Shown piece by piece: positions 1 through 8,667 of a stretch of 60,053 bases of DNA. How positions within the stretch are numbered: position 1 is the stretch's first letter; the number at the start of each line of letters is the position of its first letter. Below the pieces are notes generated by a model. The model saw only the letters and a list, made by a program, of their open reading frames with translations. It ran no database searches and was not told the DNA's origin. Source of the DNA: Candidatus Micrarchaeota archaeon (GTDB taxonomy: Archaea > Micrarchaeota > Micrarchaeia > Anstonellales > Bilamarchaeaceae); the NCBI GenBank assembly GCA_040753215.1, contig JBFMEZ010000021.1:1-60053 (forward strand). The letters are read 5' to 3'. The translations under genes were made by a program, and so were the position numbers.

Positions 1-4
1 CTCT

Positions 5-32
5 CCTCCCCGGCATAAATGCCGAGGCTTCC
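5..32 (-). mobile_element. IS200/IS605-like subterminal hairpin (end of an element or remnant; rest may lie left of the window)
   Basis: The minus strand reads GGAAGCCTCGGCA-TTTA-TGCCGGGGAGG, an 8-bp stem with a TTTA loop in GAAGCC...GGGAGG context, as typical of IS200/IS605 (tnpB/iscB) ends. No transposase is present in the window. Confidence 0.45.
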
Positions 33-182
33 TCACACCTTGTAGCCGCACCCAATGGCTAGGCAGACCTATCGCCGCCACGCAGGCGACTACAAGGTGT
101 GACCGAGCCGTGGAGGTTCAGTGATGGGGGAGGGTCGGGAGGACCCTCAAACTGAGGAGGGGCGCCCCCTCCGCGGTTCGGT
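33..182. other. Non-coding, highly structured segment (two long stems plus internal hairpins)
   Basis: 17-bp inverted repeat 33-49/86-102 (1 mismatch), 15-bp stem 102-116/168-182, hairpin GAGGGTC/GACCCTC 130-148. Confidence 0.5.
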
Positions 183-222
183 GCGGATTAAGATTATAAA
201 TATGAGGCATGGAATGGAAGCG

Positions 223-486
223 ATGGCTGACAAATGGAAGGTTATAGCTGAGAATTTCGCAGAGGCTTTTGCATCCGATTCTGTGCACACAACCTACAAA
301 AACCTCTGGGTGCAGGTTTGCGGCTGGGCGAAGGCGGACAAATTGCCCCAGCCGGAGAATGTGCAGGTCACGCAGAAAATCATAATAGGCGAGAAGGGGA
401 CGGAAGTGGAGGCGGAGTTCTCCATTTTTGCGGAAGGGAAGGAGATTAGCGCGAAGAAGAAGACGGTGAAGAAGGCGGAGGAGTAG
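223..486 (+). CDS. Hypothetical protein (~87 aa), Lys-rich C-terminus
   Basis: ORF with genome-typical codon usage downstream of a TTATAAA box (~194-200). Start chosen at MADKWK; ATG 202 or 214 is also possible. Confidence 0.6.
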   Translation: MADKWKVIAENFAEAFASDSVHTTYKNLWVQVCGWAKADKLPQPENVQVTQKIIIGEKGTEVEAEFSIFAEGKEISAKKKTVKKAEE

Positions 487-530
487 GGCTATTTTTATAT
501 TCATTAATCCTAATACTCCCAGGGATAAGA

Positions 531-1463
531 ATGGCTGGAGTATCGGAACTCGTCTACCTGCTGAACAATGCCGGGACCGCGGAGGAAAGGAGGTCCGCGG
601 CGCTTGAGCTCGGGGAAATGGGAAGGGAGATGGAGGACAAATCCGAGATCTACTCTGCACTATCTGCTTCCGCCAGGTTTGCTGAAAATATCATTGTGAG
701 GAGAGCATCCGCCTATGCGCTGGGGGTCCTTGGCTCCACTGAGGCGATAAACACCCTCTTCTCGCTCCTTCTGGAGGAGGATGAGGGGCTCAGGAACAGG
801 GCGGTGAGGTCGCTCGCGAGGATAATACGGGATAATGGGATTCCGGAAGCGGTTTCCGGATGGCAGATTGACAATGTGTATGCGCCAGTCCTGATGGGGA
901 TGCTGGACAGCGAAAATGCGGACGTGAGGAGGGCGGCCGCGAGGGTGCTCTCGCATGCGGGATTCAGGGCGGGGCTGGAGGAGCTGGCCGGGAGGGCGGC
1001 GGAAGGGGACGAAACCTGTGCGTATATGCTTTCTTTTGCCGGAAAGCGCTCGATGGAGCCGCTTTACCACATGATGTTTGATGAGGGCGGAAAGAACTCC
1101 CCGGACGCCGAGAGATTCGCGCAGATGGCCTCCGCGCTCGCAGGGATACTTGAGAGGCGCGGGGAGAGCATAGAGTACGGCGAGGTGGCGGAATACGCGG
1201 ATGAGATGTACCCCACCAAGCTGACCAACCTGCGGAATTCCATCTACGGGATGCTTGAAAGCGGGGATGCGGAGAAAAGGAAGGACGCTGCGCTGCTGAT
1301 TGAGCGGATGCCCATCATCTTTTACGGGAGCGAGATGGACAGGGCGCTGGAGAGGCTCAATGCGCGTATTGAGGTGGAGGAGGACGAGGGCGTGAAGGCG
1401 GCTCTGCAGAGTTCTGCGGACAGGCTGTCTGAAAGGCTCGTGGGAAGGGTGGCGAGGCGCTAG
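531..1463 (+). CDS. HEAT/PBS-lyase-like repeat protein
   Basis: Repeated motifs RRSAALELG, VRRASAYALGVLG, LRNRAVRSLARI, VRRAAARVLS. Confidence 0.8.
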   Translation: MAGVSELVYLLNNAGTAEERRSAALELGEMGREMEDKSEIYSALSASARFAENIIVRRASAYALGVLGSTEAINTLFSLLLEEDEGLRNRAVRSLARIIRDNGIPEAVSGWQIDNVYAPVLMGMLDSENADVRRAAARVLSHAGFRAGLEELAGRAAEGDETCAYMLSFAGKRSMEPLYHMMFDEGGKNSPDAERFAQMASALAGILERRGESIEYGEVAEYADEMYPTKLTNLRNSIYGMLESGDAEKRKDAALLIERMPIIFYGSEMDRALERLNARIEVEEDEGVKAALQSSADRLSERLVGRVARR

Positions 1464-1526
1464 CCGGCGCATCCTTTTATAACCCTGCTTTCCTAATATA
1501 ATCCTAATTATACGGGGGTTTTTTGG

Positions 1527-2423
1527 ATGGACCTAATCTCATTCAGGGATTTGGACAAGGGGACGGTGGAGAAGATTTTTGGGCTTGCGGAGGACATGGA
1601 CCGCCAGCTTGAGAGAAGGAAGGTGGAGAAGCTGGAGGGGATAATGGCGACTCTTTTCTTTGAGCCTTCCACAAGGACTAAATTGTCATTCCAGTCCGCG
1701 GCTGAGAGATTGGGATTGCAGGTGGTGGACTTCCTTGCGGAAAGGAGCTCTTTGAAGAAAGGGGAATCTTTCACAGACACAATAAGGACGGTGGACGGGT
1801 ATTGCGACATAATTGCGATGAGGCACCCCGCGGAAGGTGCGGCGCGGCTGGCGGCTGAGGTGGCGGAGGCGCCGGTGCTGAACGGGGGGGACGGGGCGAA
1901 CCAGCACCCGACGCAGACGCTCCTGGACCTTTATACGATACGTAAACTGAAGGGGAAGATTGCGGGGCTTAACGTGCACCTTGTGGGAGATTTGAAGCAT
2001 GCGCGCACGATGCACTCACTCGTGTATGGGCTGGGGATGTTCGGTGCGAAGGTTACGATGGTCGCGCCCAAGGGGCTGGAACTGGAGGAGCACATCATAC
2101 ACGAGGCGGAGAAAAAGTTCAACTTCAGGATGGAGAGCAGGGGCGCGATAGACCTTTCGGATGCGGACGTGCTGTATGTATGCAGGGTGCAGGAGGAGAG
2201 GTTTGCGGACAAGTACGAAGCGGCGAAGGTGAAGAAGGAATTCACCATTTCTGCGGATTACATAAGGAAGGGAAAGAAGGATTTGGCAATACTGCATCCG
2301 CTGCCGAAAGTGGATGAGATTCCGCAGGAGGTGGATGCGATGCCGCAGGCGAAATATTTCGAGCAGGCGAGGAACGGCATACCTGTCAGAATGGCGTGCA
2401 TTAAAATGCTATTGGAGGGGTGA
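1527..2423 (+). CDS. pyrB: Aspartate carbamoyltransferase catalytic subunit
   Basis: FFEPSTRT carbamoyl-phosphate motif, KKGES, HPTQTLLD, RVQEER, HPLP. Confidence 0.98.
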   Translation: MDLISFRDLDKGTVEKIFGLAEDMDRQLERRKVEKLEGIMATLFFEPSTRTKLSFQSAAERLGLQVVDFLAERSSLKKGESFTDTIRTVDGYCDIIAMRHPAEGAARLAAEVAEAPVLNGGDGANQHPTQTLLDLYTIRKLKGKIAGLNVHLVGDLKHARTMHSLVYGLGMFGAKVTMVAPKGLELEEHIIHEAEKKFNFRMESRGAIDLSDADVLYVCRVQEERFADKYEAAKVKKEFTISADYIRKGKKDLAILHPLPKVDEIPQEVDAMPQAKYFEQARNGIPVRMACIKMLLEG

Positions 2424-2427
2424 GAAT

Positions 2428-2859
2428 ATGCTGAAAGTTGATATCATTGAGCACGGGACTGTAGTGGACCACATAAAGCAGGGGATGGGGAAGAAGGTCC
2501 TGGATATCTTGGGGATAGATGAGAAGAGCGGGAACAGGGTTGCGCTCGTGATGAACGTGCCGTCGCAGAAAATGGGGAAGAAGGACATCGTGAAGGTCGA
2601 GGGGATACTCATATCCAAAGAGAAGACGGATGCGATTGCGCTTGTTTCCCCCCGTGCGACTGTGAATCTGATCAAGGATGGTAAGGTGGTGGAGAAGAAG
2701 CAGGCAGAGCTTCCGGATAAATTGCGCGGGGTGGGAAGGTGCCCGAACCCCAACTGCATAAGCGTGCAGGAGAAGAGCACGTCCGGCTTCCACCTGGAGG
2801 GGCAGAAGTACAGGTGCGATTACTGCGAACGGACTTTCAAGCCGGAAGAGCTTGTCTGA
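2428..2859 (+). CDS. pyrI: Aspartate carbamoyltransferase regulatory subunit
   Basis: GTVVDHI, NVPSxKMGKKDIVKVE, Zn ligands CPNPNC and YRCDYCE; follows pyrB. Confidence 0.97.
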   Translation: MLKVDIIEHGTVVDHIKQGMGKKVLDILGIDEKSGNRVALVMNVPSQKMGKKDIVKVEGILISKEKTDAIALVSPRATVNLIKDGKVVEKKQAELPDKLRGVGRCPNPNCISVQEKSTSGFHLEGQKYRCDYCERTFKPEELV

Positions 2860-2900
2860 CCCTCGGCGAGGTTAAAAAACGTTTTGGCTAAACTGATTGC

Positions 2901-3740
2901 ATGAGGTTTGTTTCTCCCAATTGTTCGGATTTGTACCCCCCGAACATAGAGATGAAGCAGTTCCCGGACGGGGACGATTACGTAAGGATTCCGGAGGCCA
3001 AGGGGGATGGGCCGGTGTTTCTCCTGCACAGGCTCTACCCGGAGCAGGACCGCTCCCTGATGCAGGCGGTGCTGATGCTCAAGACCCTGCGGGACAAAGG
3101 ATACAGGACCGCACTTGTCGCACCGTATTTGCCTTACTCCAGGCAGGACAAGATATTCAAGGAAGGGGAGGCGAAGAGCGCGGAATACGTATGCGAGATG
3201 CTTAAGTGGGCGGGAGCGGACCGCTTAATTACATTTGACTGCCATTTCATGAAGAAGGCGGGCGAGGCGGAGTATGGAGGGCTTAAGGTTGCGAGCCTCT
3301 CCATGGGCGCGGAGCTCATAGAAAAGGCAAAGGAAAAGTTCGGGGACGGGTTTGAGGTTGTGAGCCCGGATTTGGGAGCGAGCTACATGGTTGAACGGAC
3401 TGGCGGGAAGGCCATGGAGAAGAAGCGCGGGGAATACGTGAAGGGCGGGGAGGCATACAGGAAGATAGAAGGGATGAAGGCGGAGTTTGAGGTGAAGGGA
3501 AAGGATGTGCTCATACTGGATGACATGATTTCCACCGGTTCCACAATGATAAGGGCGGCGGAGACTCTGAAGAAGAAGGGGGCGGGGAGGATTGCGTTCG
3601 CCGCCACGCACGGGTTCTTCCTGAAGGATTCGCTGCAGAAGTTGAGGGCGCTTGGGGATGTTTTTGTCTCGGATTCGATACCGTCCCCGGTCTCTGAGGT
3701 TTCCATAAAGAGAAAAATCGAATCTCTTGTGGGAGCATGA
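2901..3740 (+). CDS. prs: Ribose-phosphate pyrophosphokinase
   Basis: FPDGD, PYLPYSRQDK, SPDLGA, LILDDMISTGST PRPP-binding loop, ATHG. Confidence 0.95.
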   Translation: MRFVSPNCSDLYPPNIEMKQFPDGDDYVRIPEAKGDGPVFLLHRLYPEQDRSLMQAVLMLKTLRDKGYRTALVAPYLPYSRQDKIFKEGEAKSAEYVCEMLKWAGADRLITFDCHFMKKAGEAEYGGLKVASLSMGAELIEKAKEKFGDGFEVVSPDLGASYMVERTGGKAMEKKRGEYVKGGEAYRKIEGMKAEFEVKGKDVLILDDMISTGSTMIRAAETLKKKGAGRIAFAATHGFFLKDSLQKLRALGDVFVSDSIPSPVSEVSIKRKIESLVGA

Positions 3741-4918
3741 ATATGAAAATCGCTTATTTTACCGATACGTACCTCCCGAATGTGGACGGGGTGGTTACCT
3801 GCCTCCTGAATTATAGAAAGGAGCTGGAGAGGAAGGGCCACGAGGTCTACATATTCACGCCTGGAAGCAAGAAGGACAAGGCGGAGAACAGGGACAAGAA
3901 CGTGCATTATTTCACCTCGGCTACTTTCAAGCCCTACCCGGACTACAGGATTTCGCTTTTCCCTTTCCCTTCCGCAGTAAAAAGGGTGAAGGAGATAAGG
4001 CCGGACATAGTGCACTCCCACGGGATTGCGACCACGGGGCTGGCGGCGATAAACTGCGCGCACGAGCTGAAGGTGCCTGCAATCGCATCCTTCCACACGA
4101 TGGTGCCCGAGGCGACGCACTATCTTACGAAGAATGAGGGGATGCAGAAGCTGCTGGAGGACGTGACCTGGAAATACCTCAAATGGTATTATGGGTTCTT
4201 CGACACGGTGCTGGTTCCGAGCAAATACGTGGTGGATGTGCTCAGGGAGAAGGGGATAACAAATACGATGATACTGCCCTCGGGGATAGACGTGAAGGCG
4301 TTCGGGAAAGGGGACGGCGAGGCGGCGAGGAAGAAGCATTCACTGGGGAAGAAGAAAATCATACTGCATGTGGGGAGGCTGGTGATGGAGAAGAACCTGG
4401 ATTTGCTCATAAACGAGGCTCACTCCATAATAAACAAGCAGCCGAACGCGCGTTTCCTCATAGTGGGGAAGGGCCCATCGGAAGAATACTATAAGAATGC
4501 GGTGAAGATGAAAGGGCTCGCTGGATATTTCATATTTACGGGCTTTGTGGAGGAAAAGGAGCTCCCGGACTACTATGCGGCTGCGGACGTGCTCGCATTC
4601 CCATCGAAATTTGATACGCAGGGGCTGGTTGTGCTGGAGTCGATGGCGTGCGGGACGCCGGTCGTGGTGCCCAAGAAATCCGCGGCAGAGGAACTGGTGG
4701 AGGAGGGGAAGAACGGCTACACCTTCTCCGAGCCCGTGGACTTCAGGGAGAAGATACTTCTTGCGATGGAGAAAAAGAGGGAGATGTCCGAAAGCGCGAG
4801 GGAGAGGGCGGCGCTCTACGACAAGGAGGGCATGGTGTCTAAGCTGGAGGAGCTCTACAAGGCCAAGGCGGAGGCGAATTCCAGGAATACGGAAGCCAGG
4901 AAGAACAAGAAGAGATAG
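3737..4918 (+). CDS. Glycosyltransferase family 4 (GT-B)
   Basis: FTDTYLPNVDGV, HVGRLVMEKN, FPSKFDTQGLVVLESMACGTPVV. Confidence 0.92.
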   Translation: MNMKIAYFTDTYLPNVDGVVTCLLNYRKELERKGHEVYIFTPGSKKDKAENRDKNVHYFTSATFKPYPDYRISLFPFPSAVKRVKEIRPDIVHSHGIATTGLAAINCAHELKVPAIASFHTMVPEATHYLTKNEGMQKLLEDVTWKYLKWYYGFFDTVLVPSKYVVDVLREKGITNTMILPSGIDVKAFGKGDGEAARKKHSLGKKKIILHVGRLVMEKNLDLLINEAHSIINKQPNARFLIVGKGPSEEYYKNAVKMKGLAGYFIFTGFVEEKELPDYYAAADVLAFPSKFDTQGLVVLESMACGTPVVVPKKSAAEELVEEGKNGYTFSEPVDFREKILLAMEKKREMSESARERAALYDKEGMVSKLEELYKAKAEANSRNTEARKNKKR

Positions 4919-4919
4919 C

Positions 4920-7466
4920 TCATACTTTCATGTCCTTTATCATCTTCTGCAGCCCGTCCAGGGTTTTTATCTGCACCGAGCCGGACTCCACCTCCAGCTT
5001 GAGGAGGGTCGCCGCCTCGTCCCCGGAGGAGAGCAGCTCGTTGAGCTCCTCCACCTCTGCATCGTCCTCCGCAAGTATCATGTTTATGCCCAGGTGCAGG
5101 GAGCCGATGGCCCTGCCCACGACATCTGCGCCCTCGTACAGATGCACGAAAATGTCCTGCCCGAGGACCGTTATCTTGCTGTCGTATTCCCCGCTCGCGC
5201 CCAGCGGGGTGAAGGGGACCGCCTCGTTTATGCATATGTCGCGCAGGCCGCGGAACATTGAAAGGTATTTGGCGCTCTTCCCGGTCTCCTTCTCCCAGGA
5301 GGACTTCGAATAGTAGCCCGCCTCCTTCCTCAGGAGGCCCAGCCCGGTGAGCTGGTCCAGGAGGTACTCGAGGTTGTAGTCGCTTATGAAAACCGGCTTG
5401 CCCTCGTGCAGGATGTCCTTGAACGCCCCCTTTATCTCGGAGAGCCGCAGGGGCGTGTGCTTCCACCTGTACTTCTGGTTCACCCTGTCGAGGAGGCCGA
5501 GGAGGGTTTCCCTGCCTACCGGTATCTTGGTGGTTGTCTGGGGAGGGAAATCCGGTATGTCCAGCCCGTACACCGGGATTTCGGAGGCCTTGAACACGTA
5601 TGCGGCTGCAAGCGCGGCCGCGGCGAGGACGAAGGCGGCAAGGAAAAACGGCTGCGCATAGAACGGGGTGGGCGCCCTCTTGTCTATTGGCAGGGTGTAA
5701 GTGAAGGAGCCGCTCTGGAAGGATACTTCGTGCATCCCGTCCGGGAGCGGGCCGTATCCGCTCGCCCTCAGGTCCACATCAAAGCCGCTCGCATCCGTAA
5801 AGGTGTATGTGCCGTATGCGCCGCCGTCCACCTTTGCGGTGACGGTATCGAGCACCACGGGGCTGCCGTCGCCCAGTATCCTGAAGCCGTACGTGTCCGT
5901 GCGCGTGTTGAAAAGCCCGGGCACGAACTCCACGTCCTTCACCCGGAGGTAGGAGCGCGCGTACCTGTTCCCTTCCTGGTCCACGATGTTGAGTATGTAG
6001 TCCCCGGTCGGCAGGTCGAAGGTGTGGGATATGGAGGGCTGGGAGTTCAGGCTCACTCTCGTGCCTGCAATACCCGTCCGGTCCACCTCCCCGGAGAGGT
6101 TCGTGACGGAGAGGAAGAGGAACTTCTCCCCGCCGCTTTCGCGCAGGAGTATTATCAGGTCCATCGGGGTGGGGGAGATGCTCCCGGGGAGTATGCTGTG
6201 GCCGCGCGAGTAGATCTCGCCTTTCGCGCTCTTCTGCAGGAAGGATGCCGAATAAAAGCCGGAGCCGCGCTGCTGGTTGTACCCGAATACCTTCAGGTAT
6301 GCGGAATCGCCCTCGAAGGAGGGGGTGAACAACTCCAGGGAGTCGTCCCCGGAAAGGTTGAACACGCCTGCCGTGTCCGCGGCCGGGGTGAGCCAGCGCG
6401 TCTGGAAAAATATGCGGGCAACGTCCGCGCCCGCCGCCGAGCCGGTTTCCCATCCGCCGTCAAGCGTCTGCGGCGCGAGTATTATGAAGCCGCCCTTGTA
6501 TGAAAGGACGCTGTAGGCCCCGCCGAACATCCAGCTCGAATCAAGGCCGGAGGCGCCGTAGAGCGGGTTCTTTATCGCAACGGTGCTGTCGGGGGCGAGG
6601 GCTGCGCCGGGGTCGAAGGTTATCCTCCTCTCCCTCGAGCCGAGGAAAGACGGCGGCGTCGGGACGATGCTGCCTGATTTTGACACCATCCTGGAAAAGT
6701 CCTGGCCTATGTAGAATACAGTTACGCCCCTCTCCATGAGCGAAAACAGCATGGGCTTTTCCCCGGCAACAAGCTCCTCGGGTATGTACCCGCTCGGCAG
6801 CAGGAGCAGCGCGCCGGGGCCGAGCTTGTCCAGCTCCGAGACCGATATTTCGTTCGCGACCATTCCGATGGTAGAGAGGCGGAGGGAGAGGGACGATTTG
6901 AAATCGGGGTAGGTTTCCGCCTGGTACCGGCTGCTGCGGAGCACGAAAACCGAGTTGGGGACTACGGAATCATAGACCGCCGCGCCAACCGTGATGTTTG
7001 GGAGGCCGGAGGAGAGGATGTGCGTCTTCGAATAGGCGGTGTGGTAGGGGTAGCGGAAATTCTCCGGGTCGCTTGCCGTAAGTATGTCCGAGTCTTCAAC
7101 CACGGCCGAGAGGGATGCGGCGGAAACCTCCGCGGTCACCCGCTCGCCCGGGAGATAAACGGATTGTGCGAAGAAGAAGGCGGTCAGCAAAAGCAGCAGT
7201 AGCAGGGCAACGAGGCCGCCCACCCTGAACGCAAACACAGGGGAAATCTCCAGGGCCGGCTTTTTCTCCTCACCGGGAGCGGGTGCCTTTCCAGGGGCGG
7301 CGGGCTGAGGCGGGGCCTTCCTCCCAAGGGCTGAAAGAAGCGCTTCCTTTGCCTTCTCGAAGACAGGGCGCTCGACTTTTCTCAGCCTCACCTCATAAGA
7401 ATATCGCTTCTTCAGGCCGAAGCGGTACTCGCCCGGATTTGCCGGGTCCCGGCCTGGGATGGCCAT
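4920..7466 (-). CDS. Large membrane protein (~848 aa): N-terminal TM, large extracellular beta-rich region, second TM, cytoplasmic C-domain
   Basis: Hydrophobic segments VGGLVALLLLLLLTAFFF and FFLAAFVLAAAALAAAYVF. Last gene of the ATPase operon. Start set at MAIPG after a GGGGGTG SD-like tract. Confidence 0.75.
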   Translation of the reverse strand: MAIPGRDPANPGEYRFGLKKRYSYEVRLRKVERPVFEKAKEALLSALGRKAPPQPAAPGKAPAPGEEKKPALEISPVFAFRVGGLVALLLLLLLTAFFFAQSVYLPGERVTAEVSAASLSAVVEDSDILTASDPENFRYPYHTAYSKTHILSSGLPNITVGAAVYDSVVPNSVFVLRSSRYQAETYPDFKSSLSLRLSTIGMVANEISVSELDKLGPGALLLLPSGYIPEELVAGEKPMLFSLMERGVTVFYIGQDFSRMVSKSGSIVPTPPSFLGSRERRITFDPGAALAPDSTVAIKNPLYGASGLDSSWMFGGAYSVLSYKGGFIILAPQTLDGGWETGSAAGADVARIFFQTRWLTPAADTAGVFNLSGDDSLELFTPSFEGDSAYLKVFGYNQQRGSGFYSASFLQKSAKGEIYSRGHSILPGSISPTPMDLIILLRESGGEKFLFLSVTNLSGEVDRTGIAGTRVSLNSQPSISHTFDLPTGDYILNIVDQEGNRYARSYLRVKDVEFVPGLFNTRTDTYGFRILGDGSPVVLDTVTAKVDGGAYGTYTFTDASGFDVDLRASGYGPLPDGMHEVSFQSGSFTYTLPIDKRAPTPFYAQPFFLAAFVLAAAALAAAYVFKASEIPVYGLDIPDFPPQTTTKIPVGRETLLGLLDRVNQKYRWKHTPLRLSEIKGAFKDILHEGKPVFISDYNLEYLLDQLTGLGLLRKEAGYYSKSSWEKETGKSAKYLSMFRGLRDICINEAVPFTPLGASGEYDSKITVLGQDIFVHLYEGADVVGRAIGSLHLGINMILAEDDAEVEELNELLSSGDEAATLLKLEVESGSVQIKTLDGLQKMIKDMKV

Positions 7467-7570
7467 ATCACACCCCCTCGCCCGGGCGGAAACCGGCCCG
7501 GCAGGCATAAATGCGTAATGGCCGGAACATCACCACCAACTCCTGCGAATCCATCCAGAGGGTGTGAAAC

Positions 7571-8293
7571 TCACTGCACAACCTCAAAGAACCCCTGCCT
7601 CACAAGCTCGTCCAGGACCTGCTCTACCCTCGCCTCCGGTACCCTGAATGTCTTGGAGAATTCCGCGACGTTCATCAGGCCGCCGTGGTCAATGACCCAT
7701 TCCTGCACCTTGGACCTGAGGGTGCCCTCCGACATGCCCTGGAGGCTCTCGAGCTTGAGCTTCAGCTCGTCGTTCTCGTTCTTGAGCTCGTAATTTTCCC
7801 TGGAGAGGGCCGCGAGCTGCTTCTTCGCAACCGCGGAATTGCGCCTCAGCGTCTCGGCCTCCTTCCTCATGGTGTCGTAAGTCGCATAGAGCTGCTTGTA
7901 GTCTGCGGTTGCATAGTCCTCTATCTCCTTAACGGTCTGCTCGAGCAGCTGGAGTACCAGCTTAGGGTCCACCTCGTAGTGCCCTTCCACAAGCGTGAGC
8001 ATGTTGAGCAGGTGGCGCAGGACATCCATCCTCCTGCGCGTGGGCGATGCCGAGGGGGGCACCGTATAAATCACGTCGACGGCGTCCTTGTCGAACCTCA
8101 CGATGGAAAAGGTGTAGGGGTTCTTGCTTATGTCCCTGCTCTCGACGTATGCGGCGCTTACCGCGCTCTTCTCCTTCGCGACCTTCAGGTAAGAAATGCC
8201 CTTCAGCGCGCCCGCGAGGTCTTCCGCCTTCCCCGACATCCTCCCCTCCAGCCTGAACCCGTCAACCCTGGGTGGGGCAACCGCCTCAGGCAT
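7571..8293 (-). CDS. Hypothetical protein with central coiled coil and C-terminal winged-helix-like segment
   Basis: Heptad stretch LSRENYELKNENDELKLKLESL; C-terminal NVAEFSKTFRVPEARVEQVLDELVRQGFF resembles a wHTH. Confidence 0.7.
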   Translation of the reverse strand: MPEAVAPPRVDGFRLEGRMSGKAEDLAGALKGISYLKVAKEKSAVSAAYVESRDISKNPYTFSIVRFDKDAVDVIYTVPPSASPTRRRMDVLRHLLNMLTLVEGHYEVDPKLVLQLLEQTVKEIEDYATADYKQLYATYDTMRKEAETLRRNSAVAKKQLAALSRENYELKNENDELKLKLESLQGMSEGTLRSKVQEWVIDHGGLMNVAEFSKTFRVPEARVEQVLDELVRQGFFEVVQ

Positions 8294-8294
8294 G

Positions 8295-8666
8295 CTATGC
8301 ACCCCCCTTCTCCCCGGCCTCAAGCGCGGGGACGTAGTTCAGGATTGAAAGCGCCAGGACCATCGCGCCCAGCAGGAAGGAGAAGCACACGGCTGCCGGC
8401 TGGAAAGGCGCACCTGCGAGCAGCGGAAGGATGGGCAGGCCTATCGCGATGAGCACCGCCCCGGTCGCGTACAGCACGAGGTTGCGCTCGAATTTCTTCC
8501 TCTTCTCCGCGTACTTCGCGAGGTGCTCGGGGCAGACGACGAGCTCGTTGCCCTTCAGTATCCCGAGCTTCCTCTTCATCTCCCGTATGAACCTTATGAC
8601 CACGTCGGTCTTGAGCGGGGTGCCCTCCTCCACCTCCCTTTCGCAAATCCAGCATACCCTAGGCAT
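8295..8666 (-). CDS. Small membrane protein with N-terminal Zn-binding motif and two TM helices
   Basis: CWIC...CPEH ligand pattern followed by two hydrophobic segments. Confidence 0.7.
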   Translation of the reverse strand: MPRVCWICEREVEEGTPLKTDVVIRFIREMKRKLGILKGNELVVCPEHLAKYAEKRKKFERNLVLYATGAVLIAIGLPILPLLAGAPFQPAAVCFSFLLGAMVLALSILNYVPALEAGEKGGA

Positions 8667-8667
8667 C

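Noticed and set aside
20..102. RNase P RNA (hairpin followed by GAGGAAG on the minus strand) or SRP RNA
   Set aside because: The sequence after GAGGAAG (CCTCGGC) does not fit the P4 consensus, and no SRP helix-8 motif was found. Neither can be fully excluded at the window edge.
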